A stretch of DNA of 64,000 nt from Lama guanicoe (taxonomy: Eukaryota), in contig MU053629.1 in assembly GCA_013239625.1 (NCBI GenBank), positions 3,747,567-3,811,566 on the forward strand, in the 5' to 3' direction. Made by a program: the position numbers and the translations under genes. Shown here in pieces: positions 21,129-35,150 of this stretch (positions are counted from its first letter, which is position 1; the number at the start of each line of letters is the position of its first letter). The notes beneath the pieces were generated by a model, which ran no database searches, had not been told where the DNA came from, and was given only the letters and a program-made list of their open reading frames with translations.

Positions 21129-23584
21129 ATTCTGTGGTCTCCAGTTCCCTATTGCTGGATGCGTGGGCTGTGTTTAACTTCTCATTAATACAAAATCCAC
21201 TTTCGTGAACATCTTCCTGTCCAACAAGCCTTTTTTGAATTTAGGATCAATTCCTGAGGGTGATCCTAGCAGGGACATGATCGAGGCCAAGATTCAAACC
21301 TGTATGATTTTTCATAAACATCTCCAAGCTGCTGTCCTCTAAGGAAGGGAGTGATCAGGTTGGGCCACCAGGAGCATCCGAGTCCCGACTCCCACACACC
21401 CTTGGCCACACCTTTCTTGGTCTCCCCGGTCATCAGCGTCTCCAATAGCCGTCAGGTAATGATGGTACTTACCCTGCCTCCCCCCCCGGTTACTGTCCGA
21501 CTTGAAATCAAAATAAATGAAGTCCCCTGGAGTCAGCACAGTGCTCTGAAGCCTGAGAGAGGTTAGGACTTTTCTTAGAATCCCAGGACTTCTCAGAGCT
21601 CAGTCCCTCCCCATTTCATAGAAGAGAAAGCAGCAGATGGCCAGGGCTGTGTACAGGGTCACATGGTAATTCACGGCAGGGCAGGGACAAGATGACCCAG
21701 GTTCTTTGCCTTCCTGTGAAGGGCTCCCTCTTCTGTCTCCTCCATTCGGTCTCCCAGCTTGCCTGCACCAAACATCCAGGCAGACCTGTCTTTCCTTCAA
21801 CCCCCGAGGACTCAGAAAATCCTCACATTTCAAGAAAAGCTAGCCGCCAATCCTCCCTCCCTTTGCTGACCTGGCCACTCAGCCAACCACCTCATCTCCA
21901 CCCACCCAGGCCTTACACCCCCTCATGGCGCTGCCTGGCTCACTCCTCCCGCATCTCGGGGCGGGGGGCCCTCTCCTCTCTCCAGGACCCCTCTCTCAGG
22001 CCGTGAACCCCGGCTTGGGCTGTTCCCACTCCCTTGTCATTGTGGCCAAGAAAACAGGAAGTGTCTGAGTCACCCGCTGTCCTCTGAGCTTTGGCTGTCT
22101 GGGCCCGAGTTCTGGAGTCAGGGGAGGACAAGGAGGGAGCACGCTGGCCTCGCCGAAGCTAATTCTGCATGCGGAGCCCACATGTCCAGCATCGCCTTTT
22201 GGCTTGTAGGACCCCAAGGAGCAAGTGGTCCAGGGACCTCCCCACTTCTTGGGATGAAAGAGTGCTGTCTTATGATTTGGAATTCTTGAGTTGGCCCAGC
22301 TTCTCACCAGCTGTGGGCTGTGGGCTCATCTCATGCTTCCCCAGGTTGGTCTTAGAATCTTAGAATCATCTGGGGAGCTTTAAAACATACTGACACCTGG
22401 GCTCCACCCCCCCCAGTGATTCAGATTTAATTTTTAAAAGCTCCCCAGGTGATTCCAAAGAGCATCCAGACTTGATAAGCACTGGGCTAGCCATTTACCT
22501 CCCTAAGCCTCAGTCTCCCTCCGCTGAATGGGGCTAATGGTGCCTACTTTCCCCAGTCGCTGGGACACAGCTGCGATCCTGGATGTGTTCAGTCACATTG
22601 AGTATGTAAACACTAGTGCAACACGTCTTCACATGTCCCCCCATGCAAGAGCTTGGGCTGAAGTGGGGTACCTGCTGGTTCCTTTGGCCTTTGGGAACTG
22701 ATGGATGTGCTAGAACCTTAGCAAGTCCATCTCCTGCCTGCTATGGTCATGCTTCAAAGTGCCCAGCACTGAGCAGAGGAGATGCGAGATAAAAACAGCA
22801 CTCACCCCAGCCCAGCCCCCAAAGAGCTCTTGGTCCAGTGGGGAGAAAGGCAGGAACATCATGGCCCAAAATACAAGGCAAGGGGACAAACGGCTTCCAA
22901 GACAGGAAGATAAAAGGGGAGTGAGAGATGTGTTCTGGCTGGTGGGAGAAGAAAAGGCTTCCTGTAGGAAAGGGCACACAGGCATCCATCCATCCAGCGA
23001 GCTCCAGTCGGGTCTGGGAACCCCAGATGGAGGGAACTGCAGGAACAAAGGCATAAAGGTAGGGAGGAAATTGCACTCAAGACTTGCCAGGGTCCCCTGG
23101 GGTGTGAGCTGTGAATGGAGGGGATGGGACAGGCAGGAGGCCAGTGTGCAGAGGCCAGCAGTCTTCCAGCCCTTCCCCTTGTGAACATACAAGTACACCC
23201 TGTATGATTCCATTTATGAAGAACAGCAAGCACATTTGTTTTACAGTGTGACCTGATCATACCGTGTCTCATGGATCTGTTTTCAGTACCTACCATTTCA
23301 TCTGGTGTTTGGTTGTGTTGTCTTGTCTCTTTGTCTGTCTGGTTATCTTTGACGGTAGGATGGACGTTTGAAATATTACCTTCAGAGGTCACTTAAGGCT
23401 CAGAATGATGTCATTGTCCTTCTGCTAGGATGTTAGTTAGCTTCTGCCAGGCATTTGGGGCACTAGGAATCCAGGGTCACCTTAGTTCAGTTTCAAGGCT
23501 GAAGACTTTATGGCTTACCTGGATAATCAAAGCCAGACTGTAGAACTTGAGAAGGCCAGTTCGTTTCTGGTTCACCTTTATTCT

Positions 23585-24103
23585 TTTTTGTTTTTAATTG
23601 AAGTATAGTTGATTTACAGTATTGTGTTAGTTTCTGGTGTACAGCATAGTGATTCAGTCACACATATACATACATATTCTTTTTCAATTTCTCTTTCATC
23701 ATAGGTTGTTATAAGATATTGAATATAATTCCCTGTGCTATACAGTATAAACTTGTTATCTATTATATATATAGCAGTTAGTATCTGCAAATCTTGAACT
23801 CCCAATTTCTCTCTCCCCACCCCTTTTCCCCCCTGGTAACCATAAGTTTGTTTTCTATGTCTGTGAGTCTGTTTCTGGTTTGTAAAGAAGTTCATTGGTC
23901 TCATTTTTTAGATTCCACATTTAAGTGATAGCATGTGATATTTGTCTTTCTCTGACTTATTTCACTTGACATGATAATCTCTAGGTTCATCCATGTTGCT
24001 GCAAATGGCATTGTTTTATTCTTTTTTATGGCTGAGTAGTATTCCACTATATGGATATACCACATCTTTATCCAATCTTCTGTCAATGGACATTAGGTTG
24101 CTT
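23585..24103 (-). mobile_element. L1 3' end (ORF2 C-terminus + 3'UTR), cetartiodactyl type
   Basis: WIKMWYIHIVEYYSAIKKNKTMPFAATWMNLEIIM; ttgaagtatagttgatttaca 3' end. Confidence 0.9.
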
Positions 24104-25375
24104 CGCCTTTACTCTTAAATTGTGGTCATTTGGATTTCCCAGTCCCGAGTAGGGATGGTTCCCAGTTATCTGCTCTAAATTCTGTTCCTTGACCCCCGTC
24201 AAGGCTCTCAGAATCTCCACCCAGCTTCTCAGCTGCTTCTCCCTGATCGGCCAACTCCACCATGACCAGAGGGCCTCCCGATGTCGGGCTTGCTAGCTGG
24301 GCAGTTTCTTCATCTAGTGTTAGCTTGTTGACGCTTTTAAGATTACTTGAAATATTGTGGCCAGTTTTTTTAAGTTACCTTCATTAGCAAGGTGGGTCTC
24401 AGTCACCTAAGTCTGCCTTTACGGGAAGGAGAGGTCCTTGCCAATTTGATTCTGATATGATAGAATTCCTACCAAATTTTTGGATTCTATATCTGTACCC
24501 TTTGTTCTTTTAAATGGAAAATGTGGTACCTAAAAAAATACTTATTTGCTTTTTCTGACAATCCCTTCCCCAAAGTTCAAACCAACAGACAACAAAACAA
24601 CAGCAACAGCAAAAAACATCAAAAAAATGCAGCAAGGGCCATCCACCCAGTGTCACCTGAGATGACCTGGCCCGATCTGGGCAGTTCTTCGGGACCTCGC
24701 TCTTGTCTGTCCTCAGGCTGTGGTGGATTCCCCGGCACATGTCTCCCCTCCAGCCTAAAGCTACCAGGGCAAGTGAAACCGAGGGTTCCCTTCTAGACTT
24801 TAAATTCAGCTTGCAAATCTTATTTTCCTCCTTATGTGCAGCAAATGTTAACAACTTCCTTTGAGAGATCTTGGAATAATGTTTGGTATTTCTAAACTTA
24901 ATCCAATATCTTAAAGTATTTTCAACTTTATTTAAAAATGAGATTTCCTATTTCTAATTTAACCAGCAAGAGCTTCCTTTCTGATTATTAAGCCTTATAA
25001 AACCAATTAAGTTAAACATATAAAAAATGAAAATCTAAATTAAATAATAGTAAGAATTGAAATTTGGTGAATTTAAAGTTCTCTTATGTTCTAGTATTGG
25101 ATATAAACTCGGTAAGAATTCAACTTAAATTATTCAGTTATACAGTTTCAATTACTAGCTAAAAGGCTGTCACTCTAAAAGACCAAGTTATCTTATATGT
25201 TACAAGCATTATAAGTACCAAACATGTATACAGATTACCTCTTAACACAAAAATATCAATGTCACGGTCAAGTAACCCACATCCTTGGTGCCACATTTTA
25301 CACACAATTTCCGGTTCTGGTGCAGCTCCCCTCCCAGGTTGATAACCTGATTGCATTTTGGCTCTTAAACTAGGC

Positions 25376-25846
25376 GTGGTAGGCAGAATGATACCACCCC
25401 CAAAAGTTGTCCCTAGCCTGATCCTCAGAACCTGTGACTATGTAACTTACGTGACAAAAAGGACTCTGCAGGTGTGATTCAGTGAGGGATCTTGAGATGG
25501 AGAGAGTCGCCCACATTATCCAGGTGACTCCAATGTAATCACAGGTCCTTATAAGGGAAAGTGGGAGGCAGAAGAGTCAGAGAGGGAGATGTGATCACAG
25601 AAGTAGAGGTTGGTGTGATGTGGTCGCTGGCTGTAAGGGAGTGATGAGCCAAGGATGAGAGCGGCTTCTAGAAGCCAGAGGAGGTCAGAAAGCAGATTCT
25701 TCCTTACAGCCTCTGTCAACACCTTGAATTTAGCCCTGTGAAACCCATTTGGAACTGTTTCCAGCATATAAGGTAATAAATTGGTGGTGTTTTAAGCCAC
25801 TAAGTTTGTAGTAATTTGTTACGGAAACAATAGGGAAGTAATAACA
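25376..25846 (+). mobile_element. MLT1C/D-like MaLR LTR
   Basis: gtggtaggcagaatg...cagaacctgtgactatgtaac...tttaagccactaagttt...tttgttac. Confidence 0.8.
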
Positions 25847-27267
25847 GTGTATAAATATAATTTCTCACTGAACCCTAAGACCTCTGAATTCTATGTGACC
25901 CTAAGATGTTCAAATATCCATTCCGCTGAACTTTCAAGACTTCTGAATGACCAACAATGTTATTACTGGCTAAGTGGGGGCTCGAGGTTGTCTGCACCGT
26001 TGTGTTTGCCCAGCGTGTTCTGGGGAAGACCTGGGGTTCTGCCCCCCCAACGCCTCGTCCTGTGCGGCTGTGTAGGCACGTGCTGGCCTGTGATTGTTCG
26101 GGCTTGTTTGTCATCAGACAGGGTTCACATTGCACAGCTGGGAGCTCCTGGGTTTGCAAGGTGGTGCCTGCAGCTCCTGGGTTTCTTGGTGATATTCAGG
26201 CACCTGAGGACAGTTGGAGAAGTCGGTTCTAGTGGCCACTTGATGAGACTGGTCCCCTCATTCATTCTTCAGACACTCCTGGGATACTGTGCTGAGGGGC
26301 ATAGCGGTGAGTGGGGCCACATCTGGCCCCTCCAATTGCTCAGCTGCAGTGGGAGGCACAGACAATAAGCGTGATGTGATGTGGTCAGAGCAGGGATGGC
26401 CAGTTGCGCAGAACACAGCACAGAGGAAACATTAGGGAAATTGAAACATGTGGGCTGAGAAGGGACAGCACAGCATCGAGCCAGGCCAGGCTGGGAAACA
26501 CAGAACGAGTGGTGGTCATGTCCTTGGGGGTGGGGGGTGGGGGTGAGGAGGCCTGGGCTGGGGCTGGTGGCCATCACACTGAAGCCTGGTCCTCCATCAG
26601 CTTGGACTCAGGTTGGCTGGGTTCCAGTCCTGACCCTGTCTTGTGACCTCAGTGTCTCCATCAGAACAGTGTCCCTCATACCAGAACCTTCCTCACCACT
26701 GGGAGGGCAGCACATGGCCTTTTTCCAGGAGGCTGGACTGCTGACCTTAGAAGGTAACCTGGGCCCTGGCCAGGGCAGCCACTGGGGGTCCGAGCCCTCT
26801 CACCTTCGAGGAAGTCCCCTGCCTGCTTCCCACTCCTCAAGGCCCAGATCCAGGCCTCAATGGGCACTGATGATAAAGCTGGCAACGCAGTGAAATGAGT
26901 GTGAGAAACAGGGCCCAGGCTCCAGCCTCGGCTGAATGAGCCAGAATCTGGGTGTGTGTGTGTGTGTGGGGGGTACTTCTGGGAATCTGAACCCTAGGGG
27001 ACACTGGAGCCCCACTGGGGCTGAGAATCCCCTGGGGTTACAGGCCCAGGATTCGGGGCTGGGTCCACACAGGGTGTCCACCCCCTTTGACTGACAGGCC
27101 CACACCACCGGCCTGGCCATCACCGTGGTGTCATTCTCCCGGTCCGCCTTCCCACGGTGACTGCGGGGTTTGTGTGCAGCCCCTGCACACACGCAGTGTC
27201 CCCACACTCACTCAGTCACACTGACAATGTTGGGTCACACACATACATGTGGGCTTGGTCTCCAAGG

Positions 27268-27458
27268 AGGGCTATCGGAATTAGCCAATAAAAATGCAGA
27301 ACACCCAGTTAAATTTCAATTTCAGATGAGCAACTTTTATTTTTTTAGTATCAGTATGTTCCAAGGATTGCATGGGACCTATTTACACTAAAAACATTAT
27401 TTATCGTTTATCTGAACTCGAAATGAACTGGGCATCCTGTATGTTACCTGGTAACCCT
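27268..27458. mobile_element. MER53-like palindromic DNA element
   Basis: aataaaaatgcagaacacccagttaaatttcaatttcagat ... atctgaactcgaaatgaactgggcatcctgtat (imperfect inverted repeats). Confidence 0.7.
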
Positions 27459-28092
27459 CTTCCTTTGTCCTGTGGCATCTTCCCGGTTGTTCAGACACAC
27501 TCATGCCCCCGCAGACACACGCTAATGTTGAAAGCTCGGTGAGGTCCGCTCGGCTTACTGCCTGTGCCCTGGGAGAGGCCCAGCCTGGGTCCAGCACCCT
27601 GGCTGTAGCACCCATGGAGGCCTTGCAAGAGACAATGGCCTCGAAACAGCCTCAGAGAGTAAGTGGAAAAAAGAGTGAGTCTGGAAGTTGTGCCCATCAA
27701 AGGGGGAGGCTGGGGGAGGAGGCCTGCCTCTGGCCTCCAATCCCCTTTAGGTGCCCACGAAAGGCGGAGGGGCCAGCTCCACCTCTCCCCTCCCCCATCA
27801 CCCCTCTGCCCTTCCACGCAGATCCCCAGAGGGCAGGAGGGCTCAGGACCCGGATGGTGATGCTGGAGGGAGTTCTGGAAACAGCCACGGCGAGAGAACG
27901 CGCCCTCCTCCGGATGACTCTGTCCCAGGTTGAATCATCAAATCCAGGGCTGACAGCCTGCAGAGGGCACCCTTCCTCCACAGGTCCCAGAGCCCACCTC
28001 CCCAGGGGTGTGGTGGTGATGGGTGATGGGTGATGGGTGATGGGGTGTGTTTGGGAGACAGGTCTGCCCCAGGAGGAGGGCACTCCCCCAGG

Positions 28093-28770
28093 TCAGTGGT
28101 TCTCAACCTGTCAGACCCTTCACCCTCCTTCTAATAGAAAGTATTGTGGACGCCCATCCTACCATCCTAAACAAACTCACAGATATTACCATCAATCCAG
28201 ATAGAATTAAAAAACAAATATACTCCCTAATAGAATGTAAATGGAAAATGAAAAGAAAGCCTTTGAAAATGAAATCAAACATATTTCAGTCTGTTACATT
28301 TAAGCCTCACTGTGTTAGGAAGACTTTGTCATGTTGAGTTACTCCTGGCTTTTAGTTATAAATAGAAGCCTAGAATATGTGACCGGTGAAATGCAGGTGG
28401 CTAGAAGTGTTGTTCTGTTGAGTCAAATACTTGACATGATCTTCTGAAAGAGGAATATTTCTTGATAAAACTCCAAACGAAACAAAGCACACATCTTCCC
28501 TTGATTTACGTGGCAAGGCAACCACTCCTAGAAAATTCAGTGTGTGCTCTTAAAGCTGTTTTGTTATATACAAAACCCTTTGTGTTTATGTGTGAAACAG
28601 AGTCAGGGTCTCAACTTGGAGATTTAGAAACAGGTGTTTCATTACTTTGGGACCCGGGACAGTTCTCTGTTGCAGGACCATCGCCCTGCCCGCTCATGGT
28701 GCCCCATGCCCTGTCGCTGTGACAACCAACCCGCAAACCCTCAGCTCTATAAAACGTGTCCTGGGGGCAG
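28093..28770. mobile_element. hAT-Charlie-like DNA transposon remnant
   Basis: Begins cagtggttctcaacc; AT-rich interior; family uncertain. Confidence 0.4.
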
Positions 28771-29099
28771 TATCTGCTCTCGGAGGGTCAGCATCTGGAG
28801 GCCACACGGGGAACCCAGAGCCCCTGCTCTGACTCAGCCCCCTGCGTCGCAGCCTGGGCTCACCCCACCCCCAGCTCACAGACACCGTCTGAACTCAGCT
28901 AGCCCTGGGGTCTGTGCCTGGGGTGGTGGCCTTGTGGGTTGCTTGGGTTGGAAGAAGGGAGGCCAAGGATACAGGGTTGACTCGGCCTCTAGGTTCCCTT
29001 CCCTCTACGGACTCTCTGCCTGGAGCAGGTGGAGGACGTGACAGCCACTTGTCACACCGTGGTGGACAGGGAGATACAGTGCCCAGATCCCTCTTCTAG

Positions 29100-29432
29100 G
29101 AAGGACTTGCTGCCCCAGCTGTTGGGAGTGCTGGCAGGCCCCCGGGATGGCCCCAGCTGCCCAGAGCTCCTTCAGTGAGGTTACACCCCTTCCCCAGGTG
29201 GCCACATCCCCTGACTTAACCAACTATAAAGGCCTGGCCATCTCATCCCCTCTCAGGACACCTCTGAAGGGTACAGCACCCAGAGGTTGGACCTGCAGCA
29301 CAGCTCCGCTTCTCCCTCTGTCCACTCCTCCTTCGTCTTCTCCTTTCCAAGGGGCTGATCCCAAGGGCCCCCTTAATAAACACCCTGCACCTTAAACTCC
29401 ATCTTAGAGTCTTCTCGGAGAGCCCAACCTGG
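29100..29432 (+). mobile_element. LTR16-like ERVL LTR
   Basis: 3' end aataaacaccctgcac...ctccatcttagagtc...cccaacct. Confidence 0.6.
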
Positions 29433-29536
29433 GGCGCCTGGTAATGAGTGGTGTTGCTGAATTGTGTGGCCAAAGTCCTAGAAGGTGAGCATGGGGACGG
29501 AGGGGTCACGCCTACTGGGAGCGTCTGCGAGGGCCC

Positions 29537-29890
29537 TGTATGAGTCAGGGTCCTCCAGAGAGACAGAAGCAATAGGATACACACGTAGGTGTAGAGAAAG
29601 ATGTATTATGAGGGGTTGGCTCATGTAATTAAGCAGCCTGTGAGATCCCACAGTCCGCTGCCAGCAAACCGAAGGCCCAGGAAATGTAGTGGTGAAGTTT
29701 CAGTCCAAATCCCGAGGCCTGAGAACCAGGGGAGCCAATGGTGCAAGTGCCAGTCTGAGTCCAGGAGCAGGAGGAGATGGATGTCCCAGCTGGAGCAGAG
29801 AGCAACTTCACCTTCCTCTGCATCGCTGTTCTGCTCTGACCCTCGGTGGATCGGATGACGCCTACTGTGTGGGTGAGGGCGTCTTCTCCA
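29537..29890 (-). mobile_element. MLT2-like ERVL LTR
   Basis: tgtatgagtcagggtcctccagagagacagaagcaatagg...ggcctgagaaccaggggagcc. Confidence 0.75.
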
Positions 29891-31719
29891 CCCAGGAGCA
29901 GCAGAAGCAGGGATAACTGCATCACATAAGGATGCTATGGGGATTAAATGTATTCATACACTTCACAGACATTTGTTGAGCACGTACTCTGTGCCAGGTG
30001 CAGTTCTGGGCACTGGAGATTCGGCTGCAAACATGGCAAGCAGAGATGACCCATGCAGGCGGGGCCCCAGCAGCACACCTGACATCCCGCCTGTGCTCGG
30101 GCAGTGGTCACAGAGTCGCTGGCTTCACGCTGACATTTAAGGCCCTCATGCTGAGGCCATTTCTCTCCCCTGGTCTCTCCATGCCTTCACCATCCCTCTT
30201 CCTCCTGCCACCTGGCACAGATGTCACCCTGCGCCTTCTCCCAGGCCCAGGAACGGACATCTCCTTGTTGCTGGGAGGACAGAGTTGTCACCCCTGAGCT
30301 CAGGTATGCAAAGTTGTGGCAGTGTCTCCACCATCAGCTCCAGCCAGGGATTCAGAAAATTCATCCACAGATGTCTCCTGGGACATTTAAAGCAATTAAG
30401 AAAAATATTTATTGACTGACTATACTATGGGCAGGGTCTACTTCCTCCAGGCAGCCTTCCCAGACTGCCTGCAGCAGGGCATGGTCCCTCTGGGCAACCA
30501 TGGTCTGACCTGCCCCTCTCTGGCAGCATTTTATCCCTCTGCCTCACCCCACTGTTGGGCCATATTTCATCACCATCCTGTTCCTTGGCTGGGGGGGTGG
30601 TGCTGCTAGGGAAAGTTGCCTGGGGAGACCACTGATCAAAGCCCTTCAAATTCCAGCCTTGGCCCCTGGAGGCCAAGGTAGAAGCTTCTACTTTGGAGTC
30701 ATGGTTCTAAGCACATAAGCTCTTCCCTCTCTCTCCCCGCTACTCCAACTTAAATGTCTCCTTAATCCACATTGACCTCCCTCCCTCAGATCCCTTTTTC
30801 TCCCGAATCTTCAATCCCAGTCCTATTTCGCTGCTGCGATCACACAAACTCGAGGACCTTCTTAATTTGCTCAGTCCTAAAAAATTGCTGTCTCAATCCC
30901 GCCTTACAGATGTCTGATGGAGTAATTGATGGTGGCAGATAAGGACCGTGGGGAGAGGGCCGGCTTGAATACAGCTTTGGCACTGCCTGGCTATGTGACT
31001 GTGGGGGAGTCACCTAGTTGCTCTGAACCTGTTTCCTCATGGACAAAATGGGGAAGGTTATGTTCAGTGTTGTGTGGGCTCTAAAGTGAGTTGGTGCAGC
31101 CGTGAGATGCAGATGTGCTGGGGAGCAGAGCTGCGGAGGGGGCCCTGGGACCCACCTGCATAAGGGTCAGAGAAGGATCCTGGACAGGAGTCAGGCTGAG
31201 GGACAGAGTCCAGGACAAAGCTTGGTTTTCAGAGGGGAAGGGGCACCAGGGCACAATGAGAGTCCTTGGGTTGTCACTGAGTCAGGGGACTTTCTAATTC
31301 TGGCCACTGAAGGCCATGGAAGAAGTGTACCCTTCACAAAGGATAGAAAACACTTTTGAAAAAGAAGGTCTGGGGTAGATGTCTAGTAGCCACTTTAGGA
31401 AATGAACAAAGCCCTGCCCCAGATGCTTCCACCCTTTCTCTGCTACAAAACAAAAGCTGCTTAGGGAAGCAAGGGCCGTGTTCGGGGCACAGAAGAAGAT
31501 CTAGTGCAACTGAGGGAAGGGAACAGAAAAAGACTCCTGTATCCATGGGGCAAAGACAGATAAAGGAGTGGGTCCAGATCTTTACAGATTCCTTACTGCT
31601 GAGGGAGAGACAGGATCACTGAGAATAAAAAACGTGAGCCCCTTCACCCATCACCAAGCTAGCAAGCAACGAATAACCAAGGGCATCGGTGAACAGCTGA
31701 AGGAGAGACGTTCTGCGAT

Positions 31720-32537
31720 GAAGCATCAAGGGAAGGCCTAAAACAAGGATGTCCATTCTTACTGTTTTCTTCAGCATTGTAGTAGAGGTTTCAGGCAATG
31801 CAATAAATCAGGATAAAAAAAAAAAAAGGCTCACCGATTGGAAAGGGAGAGATTCACGTATAATAAGATTGTCTACGTCGAAATTTCTCCCCAAATCTAC
31901 AAAAAACTACTAATACTAATACGTTAGGAAAGATCACAGGGCACAGGGTCACCACACAAAAAATTTACCCTAATGCTGTATACTAGCAATTAACAATTGG
32001 AAATTGAAGTAAAAATTTTAAAAAGCATCATCCCCAACAGCACCAAAACCCATAAAATAGTAGATGCCAGGTATGTGTGCTGAAAACTACAAAATGATGA
32101 AAGAAATCAAAGAAAACCTAAGCACGTGGAGAGAGAGACTATTTTCATGGATTGGAGGACTCAAGGTTGGTAAGATGTCAAATTGTCCCAAACTGATCTA
32201 TAGATTGAGCACAATTCCAGTTAAAGTTCTAGCAGGATATTTTTTGATGAAAATTAACAAGCTGATTCTAAAATTTATACAGAACGGGGGGGAGGGTATA
32301 GCTCAGTGGTAGAGTGTGTGCCTAACATGCACGAGGTCCTGGGTTCGATCACCAGTACCGCCATTAAATAAATAAATAAATAAATAAATAAACCTAATTA
32401 CTACCCTCCCCAAATATTTCAAAAGATAAAATTTATACAGAAAAGAAAGAACTAGAAAAGCCACAACAACTTTGAAAAAGAACAAAGTTGAAAGATTTAT
32501 ATTACCTGTTTTCAAAATTACTATAAAGCTACAGTAT
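31720..32537 (+). mobile_element. Old L1 ORF2 fragment interrupted by a SINE
   Basis: ENYKMMKEIKENLSTW...SWIG...KLIYRLSTIPVK...KLILKF resembles L1 ORF2. Confidence 0.8.
32285..32426 (+). mobile_element. Vic-1-like SINE
   Basis: ggggagggtatagctcagtggtagag head, (TAAA)n, 16-bp TSD taaaatttatacagaa at 32269-32284 and 32427-32442. Confidence 0.9.
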
Positions 32538-34289
32538 GAAAGGAAAAGGAGGAGGCAGGTAGACAATGAATATTTATTAACTTTTCTTTCCCATGAGATC
32601 ATATGAGATAGGCTTTGGGAACCTGTGACATAGGAGAACTTGCCAAGGGATTGGACAGGTGGCCCTGGCAGGCGGGGACCACAGCCTGTGAAGCATGGAT
32701 GGTTTATAGACAGATCTGAGCTCTGAGTGACATGATGACACCAATGGTGGCCTCCTCTCCTGAGAGCAGAAGCCACTGCTTCTTTCTGTTCATGAGTCCT
32801 GTGAGACCCAGCTGAGTGCCCAGCCCATAGTGGGCATCCTTAGTTATAGACAAAGAGGATGTGCGTCCATGCTTACTATGTGTGTGTGCTGAGCATCTTT
32901 TGGGGGACCGTCTCTACCACTTTTCCTCTGGCCCAGATAGCAGAGAGCTGGCCCAGTAGATGGATCATGGAGTGTGGGTAGGTCCTCTGTGACTGGCCAG
33001 AGCAAGAGGCTGCTGACTTCAGGGAGGAGGAATGCAGGCTGTCTGAAAAGCGCGTGATGATGGACGGAGGGGAAAAGGCTGCATTCTTTCCTAGCAGAGA
33101 GCTGCCAGGCATGAGCACACACACGCGTGTGTGTGTGTATAGAGAGGGAACCCAGGAGAATGACGATTCAATGGCTGAGCTCCAAGTCAACTCCCAAGAA
33201 ATTCTTAAATTCAAAGACACTGAGTCTTGCTTCCTGCCGTATCCCCGCTGGCTGGCTGGCTGGCTGGCTCTCAGGTGTGAAGGAGGGTGGGCAGTGTCAC
33301 CAGGGCTCCTGTCTGGAGTGTCCCTATCAGGTCTCCTGCCCTTTGCCCAGAGGCCTCCTGAGTCTCCTCCTAGTTTGTGGCTCTGCCATTCTCCAAGTCC
33401 AGCCTCCAACTCAAGGTCTAAGTTCATCATGTCCCAGCAGCGGGAAGGGTAGAGCGGGGTAGAGGGTGTGCCCTTCCCCTTTCAGGGCAGATGGAAGCCA
33501 CGCCCATCACAAGTGCTGACTCCGCCCACCTGTGAAGCCCTAGCTCAGTCACATGGTCCCACCTGGCTCCAGGGCAGGCTGGGAAAGGCACCCAGCCAAG
33601 ATGTAGAGGTTAAGAATGGATATTGGAAGAACAGCTAGCAGTTTGGTCCACAAGGCAAAAGATGTGGAGAGGCCTGAGCATGGAGGCAGGGAGACCAGGT
33701 AAAGAGGCCACTGTGATAATCCAAGGGAGAGATTATGGTGGCTTGGACTAGGAGGGAGCAGCTGGGATGAGACAAATGGAAGGATTCAAGAAATATTTAG
33801 GAGGGGGAACCAACAGGATTTGGTATTAGTTCAATCTTGAGGGGGAAGGAGAAGGTGAAATCAGGGACAATGTCTATGTATCTGGCATGACAATTGGGCA
33901 CATTTATTCAGCAGACATTTATTGAGTTGACCCCACAGGGCAGGTAGCATGCCTGCAGATGGGTGGCAGCATTTCTTTCCTCGCAGGGACATTAGAGGGG
34001 AAAGAGTAACCTCCAGGAGATAAGGAGAGAGCTGTTAGATGCTTGGGAACAAGGTAGGACCCACAGTGGGGGGACAGGATTGTAGGGGAAGCAGTTCACC
34101 TTCATGCATGGGGGCACTGGGGAGGGCTGAGCTCTCCAAGAGCAGGAGGTAGGCACTGCAGGTGATCTAAGACTTGAAAGTGGCCTAAGTTATCAGGAAA
34201 AACTTTCTCACGATGGTAGTGATGATCACGGTGCAGCAGAACCGTTGGAGCCAGATGGACCTGAATTCGGATCCTGACTCTGCGCTCAA

Positions 34290-34900
34290 CATGTTACCGG
34301 TGGAATTGTAAATTGGATCCATCTCCGTTGTAGACTACCTGGCATTATCTTTCAAAACTACAAGCACATATGCCCCTTAACCCAGTGATTCTGCTTGTAG
34401 AAATTTATCCTATGGCTAAACTCGTGGGTGAAGCAACAAATATACAAGGCTGTTCATGGCAGCATTATTTTTGTAATTGCTGAAGCCTGGAAACAACCCA
34501 AATGTCCATCAATATAGGATTGGGTAAATAAATTATGATATATTTATGAAATGGGATACTGTGTGGAAAAAAATGAAGTTACTATCTATTAATGTGGAAA
34601 GATCTCTAAACAATTTTGTAATCAATAAAAGCAAGATGCAGATCAATGTATATAGTTTATGACTATTTGGGTAAAGAACAAAAATGGGGAAGGAAGGATA
34701 TCTATCTTTGGCTATCTATTTAAATAAATGTGTGTATTTTTTTTCATGTTTGCTTAAATATGCATAGGGTGTCTTTGGAAGGACACACAAGGCCAGTTGT
34801 TTTCAGGACGGAGAACTAGATGGCTGGGACTCAGGGTTGGAAGTTTGCCTTTATACTGCACTCATTTACACATTTGGAATTTCAAATTAGGTGAAATGTA
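34290..34900 (+). mobile_element. Ancient L1ME-like 3' fragment
   Basis: ggaaacaacccaaatgtccatcaata...ggtaaataaattatg. Confidence 0.65.
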
Positions 34901-35025
34901 TTAGATATATTTCAGTCCTGCCATTTTGTAGCTGTGTGACTTTGGGCAAGTCACTTGGCTTCTCTGAGCCTTAGTTTCCTCTTCTGCAAAATGATGATAG
35001 TATAATTGACCTCAAAAGGATCATC

Positions 35026-35150
35026 GGGGTATAGCTCAGTGGGAGAGTGTGTGTTAGCATGCACAAGGTCCTAGGTTCAATCCCCAGTACCTCCATTAAA
35101 AATAAACAAGCAGACCTAATTACCTCCTCTCTCAAAATTTTTAATAAAAT
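35026..35150 (+). mobile_element. Vic-1-like SINE
   Basis: ggggtatagctcagtgggagag...ggttcaatccccagtacctcc...acctaattacctcc. Confidence 0.85.

Noticed and set aside
32285..32362. tRNA-like sequences with A/B boxes
   Set aside because: These are SINE heads with AT-rich tails and TSDs, not tRNA genes.
33116..33135. 20-bp palindrome cacacacacgcgtgtgtgtg (and hairpin at 17218-17251)
   Set aside because: Explained by abutting CA/TG microsatellites; common in mammals.
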